A DNA stretch of 64,000 nt from Cycas panzhihuaensis (GCA_023213395.1 CM041465.1:224013741-224077740), one strand, 5' to 3'; positions 1 through 14,900 are shown, counted from the stretch's first letter. Numbers and translations: made by a program. The notes: generated from the letters alone by a model not told the origin.

Positions 1-337
1 GATCTTTTAATAAATCTTAAAAAATTCAAAATAGGCATGTGAGGTAGGAATCAAGAAGAAAATGTGTAAGCTAGTATGGAAACTAAAGTGTACCAATAAA
101 TTGCACTTACATTTAATCATTTTGAGGGGAAATGATTCAACTCCAATGATAAATAATCAAATATAGATTAGTAAATAGAAATTTGATTAATGAAGGCGAT
201 GGATGTAAACTAAAATTTAGGAGGGGCTTAGAAGTCAATAAATGATTAAGAAAATCTTGATGAAGTATACAAGGCATAAATAGATACCCAAGTAGAGGAG
301 AGATGATCACACTAATAAAAACAACTAATTAAAACAT
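1..337. repeat. Dispersed repeat with relic coding signature, homologous to ~44240-44556
   Basis: Colinear similarity, e.g. CATTTTGAGGGGAAATGATTCA vs CATTTTGAGGGAAAACGGTTCA, GAAGGCGATGGATGT vs GAAGGTGATGGATGT, TTTAGGAGGGGCTTAGAAGTCAAT vs TTTAGGAGGGGCCCTAAAGTCAAT. Confidence 0.75.
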
Positions 338-338
338 T

Positions 339-505
339 TGTATAATGGTATTATTACTCATATATAAGCACTTTGGTTGTCAAACTAACTTTGCACTATC
401 TTCTCATATACTCAACCTCTTCTCATGTGCATATACCTTCCCTTTTCATATACTTTATACCATTATCCATGAGTTTGGTCATGATGGATAAATAGGTATA
501 TTACA
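339..505 (-). mobile_element. Probable short 3' LTR of a truncated minus-strand LTR element
   Basis: TG...CA termini; directly followed on + by CTCCATCCTTAAT, the reverse complement of a PPT resembling CTCCCCCTTAAT next to element H; no partner LTR in the window. Confidence 0.4.
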
Positions 506-1151
506 CTCCATCCTTAATATGGATTCTATCAAAAAAATGTTGAAAAAGATAAAGATAAAAGTATTATGCTTGATGTGGAACCTAAATCAAAAGGTATAAA
601 TATACCTATGTCAACTAGTACAAGTGGATCAAGTTCATCAACTTCAAATCAAAAGGTTCCAAAATGGATGTAAAGGGGTCATACTCCTCAAGATATCTTA
701 GACACAAACTTTGAGAGAAGGATAAATAGATTTCAAAGGGTAAACTTTATACTAATGACACAAGTTATGTAGACAAGTGAGGCTCAAAACTTTTAAGAGG
801 CAAATAGTTAAGACGATTAGAAGGTAGTAATCAAAGAAGAGTATAATTCCTTAGTGAAGAATGACACTTGGGAGTTAGTTAATTTTCCACCAAGAAAAAT
901 GCCATTTGAATAAAATGGGTTTTTAAGACCAAGTACAAGTCAAATAATTTAATTGACAAGTATAAGGGCCAACTCATTACAAAGGACTATGCTCAAGTTA
1001 AAGGCATAGACTATAATGAAATATTTAAACTTATAGAAAGGTTAGAGACAATCAAATTAATCATTGCCCTAAGTAAATAACATGGTTGGATAGTCTATCA
1101 GATGGATGTAAAGAGTGCCTTCTTGAATGGATATATTAATAAGAAAATATA

Positions 1152-1473
1152 TGTTGATATTAATGTTTATTTAGGTTATGAGCATCTCATTAAAGTTTTA
1201 TAATATATTAGACTTTAGGATTATTTAATTGATATATAAGTGATGAGTCATTGGGGTTTATAACTCTCACATCACATGTGTCACTTATTTAGAAATTAAA
1301 CTCTTTTTAGAATTTGTATTTATACATGTATAATGCATTAATGAATTTAATAAGAGATGACTTCACTTTGAGATTTTATCATTAATATAAATATAATTTT
1401 CATATTAAGTTGATAGTTAATCTTGTAAAGTTAGATTTCTATTCCTATTAAAATTAATCTTTAATAGATTACA
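1152..1473 (+). repeat. 5' LTR of element B
   Basis: TGTTGATATTAAT...TTACA, colinear with 7232-7563. Confidence 0.92.
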
Positions 1474-1874
1474 TGACATCAGAGCTAGATTTTAATGTTA
1501 TAATATATTATATTGCTATTCTAGGAAGTTAAATAATTTAGGCTTTTAGTAGATTTTATAGGATATTTAATGAAACAAGTTATAGGTGTTTATACAGAGG
1601 AGCTTCTTTATAATGGTTATTTCAAACACCATCATCTAAGTACTATCAAGTAGACATAACTAGTAATTTTCCTCAAGGGGGAGTAACCACTAACAAGTTA
1701 TAGATGTTAATTTGATAAAATTTTAATGGTATAATTAATCACAAGTTATAAATACCTTTTCAAACCTTTAAGTAAGATTTATTATATGTTTTTTATTCTA
1801 TATTATGAACTCTATAATGTTTATTATCTGAAGTAGCTTTTTATTATCCTGTATGTATTTTTTAATCACTAGCA

Positions 1875-2585
1875 TGTAGGGCTAAAACAAAGACATGTAG
1901 GTTAATTTAGTGATATGCAAGTTAGATTAATGACATGTAGACATGTAGAAGAGCACCTATAGTTGAGATAGTAACATGCACATAATAAAACTCACATGCA
2001 ATCAATTTTATAAACAGATAAACACCTTAGTTACCTCTATTAAATCATACCATGAGTAAAATCTTCATCGATTAGGCACCAAATCACTCACAAAGAGAGT
2101 CATACATATTAAAAGGATGCAGACATCCCATCATAACCCATAATTAGTAAAAAACTAAGCAAAGGAAGCCTATATAGTTGTAGAGGACCATACACCTAAA
2201 CAGAGATTCAAAGGAGAAATACTCATACTAGAATCTAAATGAACTACCAAGCAAGCTATAAATCTATCTCTGAGGGATGCATATAAGCTTATATAAGAAA
2301 TAAAGAAATGGTGGGATAAATATGATGTTGAACAATTGAAAATGAGCACCTAAATGATGGAAAAAAATACTTAATTGATGCCTAACAAATCAAAGATCAA
2401 CATACACTAAGATTAGGCCAATTACATGGTAAATTAGGTAACATTCATGAAATTTTGATAGAGAATAGGTGCAAATTTTCTCTCATAGGATAAATTTTGC
2501 TCAAAGAAGGCCAAACGAGAATATAGAAGGACATGAACATTTTTGTATACCTAATCATCATTGGTATAAAAAAAAAACCCTAACA
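1875..2585. mobile_element. Probable solo LTR (C) in the 5' leader of B
   Basis: TGTAGGG...CCCTAACA inverted ends; A-rich block inside a T-rich leader; flanks CTAGC(A)/CTAAC approximate a TSD. Confidence 0.45.
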
Positions 2586-3161
2586 CTAACCTATCATTCT
2601 AATCCTTAAATACTTGACATTATAGTGGTAGTGTTATTTGTTTTTAAAACTTCTTCATTTATAGAGAGTTTTAATGTCACCAATGTTATTTTATTGGATA
2701 TTCTATGTAGAATATTCTTAATTAAAATTTGGATTAAAAATATTTTATGTTTTCTAAAGTTTTAAGGCATATTAAATTGGATTGAGATATTTTTTTAAAG
2801 TCAAGTACAAAGCCACGTGCCTATCAACCCCCAATGACATGGTACTTTAGGAGCTAAAGGAATTACTAGATGATCTAGATTTAGTTCCATAAAAATAAAT
2901 ATACCATGGTACATGATTTGTCAAGATCTATAATGTGATAGTGGTCATATGTAGTAATTTAGTATTAAATTTTGGTAAAATTTTATCTTTTTTTTTTTTT
3001 TTTTTTTTTGGCTACTTATGAGTAGATCAAGCCAATAAAATTAATCATACTAGATATCTATATATAGATTAATGACTTTTAGGGCTTTCTTCCTTTACTT
3101 ATATATTTATTTAATTATTTTTTATCAATTTTTTGCTTAAAATAGCTTCTAGAGGAAGCAT

Positions 3162-6100
3162 AATGGGAACTATCATAGATAAACTAATGGATCCTAAAAA
3201 TTATATAATCTAGAAATATCAAATGCATTGTTTCTTTTATCTAAATGATCTATAGAAGTATATAAATAATTTTGTAATGGGAAAGGATGCCATAAAGACC
3301 ATTGAATTCCAAAATAAATTAAAGATAAATGTTGACATAAATGTTGAGTATCAATCAAAGATGAGGATAACATTTAGATTTCTCATCTTGTCCATTAGTA
3401 GTAATGTTGTTTTAAACATCAAGGACACTAATACATCAAAGCAGATATGGGATATAATCATGAAATTATTTGAATATAAGGATAATATAAGAACCCTAAA
3501 ACTATGGAGTCAATTATACACATTGAAGATGACTAAAAATATAGTGGATCTCATGACAGATATCAGATCAATTCAAGATTACTTATTAATAATTGGGAAG
3601 ATCATTATTGATTTAGAAATTATAGCTTATGCATTGAGAAGTCTACCACTCTTATATGAAAACTTTGTAACTATATTGACTTTATCTAATAAATTATCTA
3701 CTCTAATAATTGGATCTTTTGAATCCATGCTTATAGAACGTGAGCAAAATCTAAAGTACACACATGGTGAGTCTTCTAAAGTGTTAGCATCAAAATCTAA
3801 AAGCATTGAGCTCATATTCCAAAGAAGAATACACCTTCTAAAACTACAATTCAAAAGGGTAAACCAAGAGCTTCAAAAAGGCAATATAGGCCTAAATGTT
3901 ATTATTGTAGGAAGTTAAGTCACATCAATAAGGATTGTTAGGTATGGTAGGGATAGTAATGCTCTCAATAGCCTCAGAATCAACCCTAACAATAAAAGTA
4001 GCAATAACAATAACAACAACCACCTGGATAACATGGTCATATGATAGAGTCTATTAAAGAGACACCTAATACAATTATAGCACAATTATTTATTATTATA
4101 TATATAATAGGTTCTATTACATTAGATGTATGATTTATTAATTTAAGTGCATCAAAATATATGATTAGAAGGTTGAAATAGTTCAGCAAGATGCCACAAG
4201 TAAAACAAAAAATAACCATTGGGGACCACATCAAGTTAGAGGTAATTGAAATTAGAAAAGTACTATTTATTTTATCAAATGGTGATAAATAACATTTAGA
4301 AAATATCTTATATATATCATATCTAAAGGTAAATCTTATTTTAGTTGGTGAAATTGAATAAGAAAATATGACTATACTATTTTCTCGAGGATAATACATG
4401 GTTTGAGATAAACAGAACAGGGTTGTAGTCATAGGACATACAGAAAATAATATGTATAAATTATAAGGATAGTCTTATATACGAAGAACATTCCTTATTA
4501 TATCACCTAAATAAAAATTCTAGGATGAAAGAATAAGTTATTTAAATTACTCTAGTCACTAATTAATATATAAATTAAAAATGTTGCATGGTCTAACTTT
4601 TGTTTATAATAAAATTTATTTATATAAACCCTATGTTTTTGTCAAATAGCATAGAGAATCATTTTCAAAAAAGAAATCATAGAGAGTGAAGGAAAAATTA
4701 GGATTGATTCACTTTGACATTTGTGAACTAAATTATGTCATCTCACTAGGTGGAGCAAGATATTTCATCACTTTCATTTATGACTTTTCAAGGAAAGTCT
4801 AGGTTTTTCCACTAAGGGAAAAATCGAAACCCTTCACTTACTTCAAATAGTTTAAGGAGTTGGCAAAGAATGAAAGTAGACATAATATCAAGCTTCTATG
4901 AATTAACAATGGTAGAGAGTATTCTTTAAATGAATTCACTTAGTTCTACAAGGATCATAGAATTCAAAGGTAGTCTGCCAAAACCTATATACCTCAGAAA
5001 AATAGATTTTTTAAAAGGATGAATAGAACTTTAATTATAAAATCTAAAGCAATGATGAAAGGTAAGAATGTTAAATATTTCTTATGGTAGGAGATGTGAA
5101 TATAGTAGTATATCTAATGAATGGATATACTACTAATGTTATAAGGAACATGACCGCTTAGGAAGTTTAATTAGGTAGCAAACTAACTATAAGTCATCTA
5201 AGAATCTTTGGATATAATGCATATATACATATTATAAAGGAGAAATAATAAAAATTGGATGACCAAAGTATGAAGTAAATCCTTGTTAGACACTCTAAGA
5301 AAAGTAAAGCATATAGAGTATATGAGTTGTTAACTCAAAAGATTCATACACCTCATGATGCTATTTTTAAAAGGATGAGACTCAAGACATTAGTTTAGTT
5401 GAGGGTAAGGAACCATCTAAATATTGTACTTCATATGATATTACTCAACCTAATTATGAATAATTTAATATAGATGAAGAAGTAAAATTATAATCTTTTT
5501 AATTTCTAGAAGCTAAATCTAAGCATATATTAAAGAAAGCACTAAAGTTAAAGTTAAAAAATTTGTCTAATTTAACACATTCATCTTCAAAGAAGAAGCT
5601 TTTGAAATGGTATACAAAAACTATAGAGGATGCTAAAAAATTATTACCTGATTCTAAAGGAAATCAGAAATAAAAAATGTAACCTTTTAAATAAGAGAAC
5701 ATAACTCTTATAACACATGTATTGGATTTAAGTGAACCATTGACAATTGAAAAAGTAATTAAAAAGCAGAAGTAGAATGATATAATGAAATTTAAAATCT
5801 AATCTATCTGGAAGAACCATGTATGGGATTTGATCAAATTTCCTACTAGTAAACATGCAATTAGATGCAAATGGATCTATAGAAAAAGGTTAAAATTAGA
5901 TAGATCTATAAATAAATACAAATCTCAATATGTAGTAAAAGGATTTAAGTAACTAGAAGAAATTAGCTACCAAGAAATGGTCACTTCTAATACAAAGATG
6001 AATATCATCTAAATCATTATGGAAATAACCACATAATTTAATTAGTAACTACACGAAATAGATGTGAAGTGCACATTTTTTAATAGAGATTTAAATGAAA

Positions 6101-7200
6101 AAGTCTACATGGAGAAACCACTTAGCCTTATTAAAAAAGATCAAGAGAACTTGTTATGCTAACTTAGAAAGGCCTTATACTGAAACAAGGTCTTAGAGTT
6201 TGGTATAAAAGGATTGATCCATACTTTCTAAGGCATGGGCATAAATCTATATATCAAAGAAGAAAATGATAATATCATGTTTTTGGTGTTGTATATTGAT
6301 GATCTATTGAACATAGGTAATGATATCAAACTTAAAAGTAGATCTTAGTCATTTCTTTGAGATTAGAGCTCTTAGAATTCTACACCACTTTCTTGGTGTG
6401 GAAGTATGACAAAGACTAGAACTTATCTTCATCTTACAAGTGAAGTATACTTAGGAAATTTTGAAGAAATTTAGAATAGATGATTATAAATATATGCCTA
6501 CTCCCATAGAAATAGGTTCCTAATTAACAATAGAAAATGGTAGAGCATATGTTGATTTAACATTATATAGTAAACCAGTGGGAAGTCTAATATACCTAAC
6601 TACTACTAGAGTTGATATATCTTTGTAATTGAAATACTGTTTAGATTTATGGTAATTTCAAAACAAAGTAATTAGAAAGCTACAAAAGGAATTCTCAAAT
6701 ACTTAAAATAGATAATTCAATATAGACTCAAATTCTATTAAAGTAATAACTTTAAGTTGATAGGATTTATAAATTCTAGTTGGGCTAAATGTATATATAG
6801 TAGAAGGACAACTTCTAGATATTATTTTAGTTTGGGATCAACTATAGTAGTAAAAAGTAATCAAACAATTCTTTATCTTTAACTAAAGCAAAATACAAGG
6901 TTGTAATTGTAATAGCTACTGAAACTATTTGATTACGATAGATTCTGAAGGACATAGGACTACCATAATTAGAACCAATTATCTTGTAATGTGGTAATCA
7001 AAGTACTTTAAAGATTATGAAAAATCTTGTATTTCATACTCATACTAAATATATTGATGTGTGCTATCACTTTATTTAAGAATTAATTCAAAAAGTATGA
7101 TAGATATGGTGTATAGACCAATAGAAGAATAGTTAACTAATATCATTTCCAAACCACTAACACATAAAATATTCTAGACTTCTCAAGATGGATTAAGTGT
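3162..7200 (+). pseudogene. Copia gag-pol pseudogene of B (gag ORF 3277-3918, CCHC knuckle ~3897, protease ~4130, integrase ~4520-5370, RT ~5750-6750, RNase H to ~7200)
   Basis: Gag ORF motifs SKQIWDII and LRSLPLLYENFV; CYYCRKLSHINKDC; IHFDICE/GGARYFITF; LYIDDLL; many in-frame stops. Confidence 0.9.
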
Positions 7201-7231
7201 CAAAAAAAATGAAATAAATATTAAGGGGAAG

Positions 7232-7563
7232 TATTGATATTAATATTTATTTATAGCTCATAACTTACATTATAAGCCTCTTTTTAAAGTTTTATAATAT
7301 ATTAGACTTTAATATTATTTAATTGATATGTGAATGATGAGTCATTATAGGTTATAACTCTCATATCATGTCACTTAGTTATAAATTAGATTTTTTTTAG
7401 AATTTGTATTTATACATATATAGTACATTATTGAATTCAATGATAGATGACTTCACCTTAAAATTTTGGTATTAATATGAATGTATTTTTTATATTAAGT
7501 TGATAATCAACCTTATAAAGTTAGATCTTCATTCTTGTTAGAATCAGTCTTTAACAATTTACA
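7232..7563 (+). repeat. 3' LTR of element B
   Basis: Follows PPT; TA(TG)TTGATATTAAT...TTTACA; followed by TSD ATATA. Confidence 0.92.
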
Positions 7564-10500
7564 ATATATGTCTAACAACCTAAGGATTTTGAGATGAATG
7601 GTGAGGAAGATAAGGTCTATAAATGCAAAAAGGCCTTGTATGGACTTAAATAGGAACCTAAAGCATAGTACTCTAAGATTGGATAAAGGATTCCTAAGGA
7701 GCCAATTAGACATTAACATGTACATTAAGTTAGAAGGAAGTTTAATATTGATTGTGGACTTATATATGGATGACCTTATGTATACTAGGAATTTTAATTA
7801 TTTTTCCTAAAAAATTAAGGAAGATATATGTAAGGAATTCAAAATGATAGATTTAGGAATTATGAATTATTTTTTAAATATTAAAGTATGGCAAGATAAA
7901 ATGGGTATTTATTTTATAAATAAAATACATAATAAATATGTTACATAGGTTTAACATTGATATTTATAAGCTACTTACAATACTAGCTAAAGTTGGTTTA
8001 AATTTATCTAAGTTTAAGGAGACTAAATAAGTTGATCTTTCTCTTTATAGGTAGTTGATTAAGAGCCTTATTTACTTAACTTCAACTTGACCAAATATAA
8101 TGTATACAATTAGCATAGTTTTTAAGTTTATAAATGAGTCTAAGGTAAAACATTAGCAAGCATCCAAAATAATTCTTAAGTATATGAGAGGCATTATTTA
8201 GTATGGAATATATTACAAGTCATCAAGTAATTATAAGTTGATTAGATATATAGACTCGAACTAGGTAGATTATATAGATGATAAAAAGACTACCTTAAGT
8301 TATGAATTTAGTTTGGTTTTAACAGTAGTAGCATAGAGTTCAAAGAAACAAACAACAATATCTATTTCTATTATAAAAGTTGAGTATAAGGCATCTCTAA
8401 TAGGAGCTTGTTAGATAGTTTATCTTAGGAGGTTACTTTAAGACTTACAGGAGGAACATATTGGTCTCACATAGTTATTTTGTGACAATTAAAATACTAT
8501 TCAAATGAGTAGCAATCTATTTATGGTAGGATGAAGCATATTAAAATACAACATTACTTCATTAAAGAGCTAGTGTAATAAGGTAAGATAGAGTTGATCT
8601 ATTACAACACATAGGATCAAGTGGTAGATATTTTCACAAAGGTACTGAGCAAAATAAAATTCAACAAATTTAGAGATGAACTTAAAGTCTCTCTATGTGG
8701 GAATTAGGGCAAGAAATATTAGTATAATGCCCATATTGGGGCTATTCCTAATAATTTATATGTCAGAGATTGAGTGACATTTATTAACGCCAAGTAGTAG
8801 TACACTTTGAGGCACGTGCTCAAAGTCCCATCTATTTATCTATGGGGTCCTATGACCCTAGTGTTTTGTTAACATTACCTACTTATTAGATTATATCCAT
8901 CTCTTCTTATCTTCTTTCTTATATGAAAATATTGAACTTCATGGTATAATGATGAACTTTATGGTACAAACATAATTTATCATAGGACAATTATAGGCAA
9001 ATTTAAAATAGGTATAAGTTTCTCATTTAATATCTATTTTTAAATGCTCCACCTATTATTTTGAAACTCCTAATGCTCTCTACAATATAAAATAGGTCTC
9101 CTAGATTAATACTTGACTAATAAGATGAAAATATCCTTAAAATAATAACCTATCTCTCTTTTTATGACCTTTTTATACCATCTCAACTTTATTTTACCAT
9201 ATCTCCCACTCTTGGTGGCTGATTTATGCTTATGAACACTCATTTTTTATGTTGTCGGTGACATTTATATAATGGATTTGGTAAATTGATGAAACTCATT
9301 TAAAACCAAAGTAAAAATTATAAAAGTAGGCAAAAAGTGCATTACAAAAAAGAGAAAAAGTGATTAAACAAAGGGGAAAAGGGGGTTAGAAGTGTTCTTG
9401 AGAGTGCCCGAAGACCATTCTATAATCTGTGGACTTAAGTGGATAATTTATTTATGCCAGACTAAAATCATAATGATCATTGACTAGAAACACACATACT
9501 CATCACCAAAGCAATAGGCGAACATTAGTAAACATGTTCATAAAAACTTAAGATTGAATTGAAATTAAACATAAATGCATACCTTGAGTTTACTTATGTT
9601 GAGATAAATGTACCCTTCCCAAATTATGGAAAATAATAGTTATAGATCTAAAGGGCCACTTCAACTAGTATACATAAATTTATATGGACGGATAGATGTA
9701 ATGTCTCTTAGTGAGACAAGATATTTTATGACTTTTATTAACGATTACATAAGGAAGACTTATGTATTCTTTCTCAAATTTAAATTAGAAGCATTTTGAT
9801 GTTGAAGTTTAAATTAGAAGTATTTTAATGCTTTATTAGCATCAAGGTGATGATTGAGAAGCAAAGTGATCATAAGGTTTTGACCCTTATATTAAATAAT
9901 AATAGAAAATTCATCTATAATAAATTCAATAAATATTATAGATACTATAAAATTAAAAAGTAACTAATCATTATATCCCTCAAATAAAATAGGATAGCAT
10001 AGAGAACAAATTAGATAATTCTTGAGATGGTTAGGAGTATGCTTAAGGATAAACATCTTAGTATTGAATTTTGGGTATTATTTAGTCATATAGTTATTTA
10101 TTTATTAAACATTTATATAACTAAGAAGGTGAGATGGGTTACACTTGAAGAGGCCTTATCAGGGCATAAGCTTAGTATTAAATACTATATTTATAACATA
10201 TAGTGATGCTTCAAGATCTTATAAATTATATAATCTTAAGGAAAAGAAGATCATCATAAGTAGGGACATCATCTTCAATGAAGATGGTATTTATCAAGAT
10301 ATTGAAAAAGATAAAGGTAATAGTATAATAATTGATGTATAATCTAATATCAATGGTACAAATACCTATAAAAATTAATGTAGGTGGAGTAGGTCCATCC
10401 ACTTCAAACTAAGTCAATAAAAAGGTTCTAAAATGGGTTTAAAGGGATCATACACTGAAGATATTTTAGATACAAACTTTAAGACCAGGACCACTCCATC

Positions 10501-11502
10501 TCAGAGGATGGTGAATTTTACCTTGATGACATAAGCAATAGATAACAATAGACCTTAAATTTTGAAAAGGTAAATACTTAGGATGAATGGAAAGAAGAGT
10601 ATAATGCCTTGGTAAAAATTAATATATATGAGCTAGTTAATTTTCTACCAAAGAAAAATGTAATTGGAGCAAAATGCATCTACATGACTAAGTACAAGTT
10701 AGATGTGCTAATTGACAAGTACAAGGCCTGACTAGTTGCAAAGAGTTATATATAGCAAGAATAAAAATAATTAGATTAATCATGACCTTAGTTGTATAAC
10801 ATGGTTAGACAATTTATCAAATAGATGAAAAAGTCCCTTCTTAAATGAATATATAGATGAGAAGTTTATGTCTAATAACTAAATAGTTTTGAAATGAAAA
10901 GAAAGGAAGACAAGGTCTATAGACTAAAGAAGGACTTGTATGAACTCAAACAAATACTTAAAGCATGGTACTTTAGGATTTATAGTTACTTCAAAGACAA
11001 AAAATTCCTTAAAAGCTAATTAGACTCCAACTTATATGTTAAGCTGGATAGAAATTCAATATTAATTATGCATTTATATACTAATGACCTTACATATACT
11101 AGGAATTATGATTTCCTGTCCTAACAATTTAAACTAGATATATGTAAGGGATTTGAAAAGATAGATTTAGGACTAGTCTATTTAGATTAAAGAATGGAAA
11201 GATGAGATAGGGATCTTTATGTTACAAAGGAAGTATATATTAAATAATTACAAGCCACACCAACAAAAGTTAGGTTGAAATTATCTAAGTATAAGGAATT
11301 TAAATTAATTTACCTTACTTTCTATAGGTAATTGATTAGGAGCCTTATATATTTAACTAGAATTCAACTACATATCATGCATGCAGTTAGTGTTGTTACT
11401 ATATTATGCATGAGCCTAAGATAAAACATTGATAAGTAGCCAAAAGAATTCTCAATTATCTTAATAGTACTATTAAATATGGTCTTTACTATAGGTCATT
11501 AG

Positions 11503-11971
11503 TGAAGAGAAAATATAACTAAGAAGCAATATGATAACAAAACTCTAAACCATGCAAAGAACAAATAACATAAACAAATTAAGCACTCAACAAAAAACAC
11601 CAAGAGATTTAGATATAAGCATAGACGTTTTATTAATCTGATTAACAACTAAAGAATTACAGAGATGAATAGACCCCAACTCTTCTCTTTGACTCATCCA
11701 TGACCATTTCATCATCATATTACATGTGTCGTTACATAAGAATATATAGACACAATATTGAAAGATATTGCCTTATCGTTTTACAATACAATGGGCATAA
11801 ACCATGTGCCAATAAAGATCCCCATAAGATAGCTAAATTTTTTTCTTGGGGCTCCCGTCCCCCAAACCCCCTAGTCGGGGGCCCTACAATAGGCCCTTAG
11901 ACCCCACAAAGGGGCTCAGGTGTAATGCCTATACCCATGTAACACTTGCAAAGTGTTCAACATATCTAACA
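11503..11971 (-). repeat. 3' LTR of element E
   Basis: TGAAGAGAAAATATA...ATCTAACA, colinear with 16071-16570. Confidence 0.93.
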
Positions 11972-11999
11972 ATCTCCCACTTGAACACTTTACAAGAAA

Positions 12000-14900
12000 A
12001 TTTACATACACAACTATTAAATGCTAAAATCATAAATACCCATTGTAATTCTACATAATCTAATTTTTTCTATGCTAACAATCTTAGTCAACGAGTTTGT
12101 TTCATTCTCTTATGTAGAAATCTTCTGCAAATACACCATGTGATCTTGAACCATTTCCCTCACAAAATAGAACTGCATATCAATATGCTTCGATTGAGCA
12201 TGAAAAATGGGATTCGTTGCTAGGTAGATTACACTTTGACTATCACAATCTACCCTCACAACATTCTGTTTAAAGCCAATATCTGTGCATAATCTTTGTA
12301 ACCAAACTACTTCCTTGTACACATGAGTAGCTACCATATACTTTGCTTATATACTAGAAAGTACCACAACTTGTATTTTACTCATCCCAGTAATTGTGCT
12401 ACCATAAAGGTTAAAAACATACCCACTTATAGATCTTCTGCTGTTAAGATCATTAGCCCAATCAGCATCAACAAAACCTCTCAAGTTCACTATTCTACAC
12501 TCTATGGGATCTCCTTAATAGCAAATTCCATAGTCTGATGTACCTTGTAGATACTTGAAAATCCTTTTCACAGCCACTCAATGCTCCCTACATGGGTTTG
12601 ACATATACCTGCAAACTACTTCCATTGCATGGGTAATGTCTAGTCGAGTGTAAACCATCGCATGCATTAGGATATCAATAGCACTAGCATAAGGGGCAAA
12701 TGCCATGTCTTCAACTTCTTGGTGAGTCTTTGGTCATTATTCAACTGATAATTTTAAACCAGTAGGAAGAGGAATATTAACTGGTTTACTATCCTGCAAC
12801 CTGAATTGTTATAATATTATCTTAATGTACCATCTTTGGCTAAGCCAGATCTTCCTATTTCTTCTATTCCTTTTAATCTCAATGCCCAAAAAAAAAATGT
12901 AGCACCAAGGTCTTTCATCTTAAAGTAAGACACCATTTGGTCTTTCACAAATCAGTTCATTCCTTTATCATTACCAACTAAAAGTATGTCATCAACATAT
13001 AAAGCCAGAATAACAAAATGATTACCAACTTGCTTATAATAAATATAATGATCTGCTTTGCTATGCACAAAGCCATCCACCAACATATGTGAATCAAACT
13101 TTTGATACCACATCCTTGGTGATATTTCAAGCTGTATAATGACTTCTTCAACCTACACACCATATTCTCTTTTCCTATAACTTCAAACCCTTCAAGCTAT
13201 AACATATAGATTTCTTCCTTGAGATCACTATGAAGAAGCGCAATCTTCACATCCATTTTATCTACCTCAAGGTCATAGGCAGCTGCTACATCCAATAAAA
13301 ATCTAATTGAAGAAACTTTTGCAATAGGAGAAAATACCTCACCGAAATCTATTCCCTTGACCTGGGAATAGCCCTTTACTACCAAATGAGCCTTATACTT
13401 TTCCATAGTACCATCTACCCAAAACTTCTTCTTGAAGATCTATTTGTTATCAATAGGTTTTCTTCCATTAGGTAGATCCACCAAATCCCATGTATTATTT
13501 TTGTCCAAGGTCATCATTTATTTTTACATGGATTTCATCTAGAGTTATCTCTCTTTTGACTCTAGAGCCTCCTGAATAATACTTAGATCACAATATGTAG
13601 CAGATAAAACAAAAGAGGAGCGATGAAAGTCTTCAAGAATATACCTATCAGACTATCTTCTCTCACGAGTTGATCTCCTCAACATGTGGAGTTCTTGAGG
13701 TTGATCTACCTCTATAGTTGGTTCTTCCTCTTCAGTTGACTCATATTCTAATGTAGAATCTTCATCTCATACTTCAAATTATACCTTCTTAGAGTGTTCC
13801 TCCTTTGGTTCTTCATCCTGCTTTAGAGACTTGAACTCTTCTCTAGAAACAACATTATGGCTATATACAACCTTTTGTGTTTTAAGGTTATAAAGCTTAT
13901 ATCCTTTAACACCATCATCATAGCCAATGAAAATAGTCTTTTATGATTTAAAATCAAACTTAGTTCTCTGTTGTTTAAGAACATGCACAAAAACTTCACA
14001 ACTAAAAACTCTAAGATGACTAAGAGATGGTTTCTTACTAGACCACACTTCTTTAGGTATTTTATATACTAAGGTAATTGTCAGTGATCTGCTTATTAGG
14101 TAGCTTGTAGTCATCATAGCCTCTATCTAGAATTTCTTCTCTAATCTAGCAGTACTAAGCATACTCCTCGATCTCTCTAGCAATTTCCTATTCATCCTTT
14201 TAGAAACTCCATTTTGTTGTGGCATATAGGGAATTATCTTTTTCCTTGTTATCCCACACTACTTATAGAACTGCTTAAATTCTTTTGAGTAAAACTCACC
14301 TCCATTATCAGTCCTCAGTACCTTGATCTACATGTCACTCTGATTCTCAACCAAGGTCTTAAATTCTTTGAATTTACTGAAGACTTTAGATTTCTACTTG
14401 AGAAACTATAGCGATGTCTTTCTCAAAATATCATCAATGAATGATACAAAGTATTTGGACCCACCAAATTAGGATACATCAATAGGTCCAAAAACATTGC
14501 TATGTACCAATTGCAGAATACCCTTTGCTCTCTTCGAATTTGAAGGAAAAATGACCCGATTCTGTTTGCCATACACACAATGCTCATAGAAATCAAAATC
14601 AAAGGAGCCATTAATTCTAGAGATGTCTTTTGCCATATCTTTAGAGAATAAATCATAGAGGTCTTTCTCTCCAATATAGCCTAATCTTTGATATTATATC
14701 ATGGTTTTACTAGTAAGTGATATTTGAGTCCCACCTTCATTATTGCTACTTTCTGTAATAGTTGGACTGCAACTTTCAACACACACCATACTTACATCAA
14801 GTTTGTATAGTGTTTTAAATCAAACCCCTCTTACTAACACTAATGCTCCTTGAACTATTATGCAATTGTCTTTATTGAAGATCACTTCTATTCTTGCATC

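Larger units (their letters stand above)
1152..7563 (+). mobile_element. Full-length degenerate Ty1/Copia element B
   Basis: LTR pair 1152-1473 and 7232-7563; TSD ATATA on both sides; PBS TGACATCAGAGC (tRNA-iMet-like) at 1474; PPT TTAAGGGGAAG; order gag-PR-IN-RT-RH. Confidence 0.95.
520..8970 (+). mobile_element. Ty1/Copia element A, 5'-truncated (IN C-terminus, RT, RNase H, 3' LTR from ~8717), interrupted by element B
   Basis: Degenerate KNDTWELV, YQMDVKSAFLNG and GRMKHIK motifs; removing B rejoins the EEIY|VEQP RT motif; PPT-like TAGGGCAAGAAA before TATTAG at 8717; right LTR end uncertain. Confidence 0.85.

Noticed and set aside
1867-2627. CACTA...TAGTG termini suggesting a CACTA transposon
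   Set aside because: The inverted match extends poorly beyond 5 bp and the 3-bp flanks differ (AAT vs GTA); a solo LTR fits better
3627-4432. Antisense ORFs over pol regions (also 14423, 31963, 32565, 55926, 57041, 62370)
   Set aside because: Shadow or out-of-frame ORFs of degenerate retroelement coding sequence with no independent motifs
8717-9625. Treating A's 3' LTR as the shared 5' LTR of D (tandem element)
   Set aside because: It does not align convincingly with D's 3' LTR (25810 onward), no clear PBS or gag follows it, and D starts abruptly within integrase
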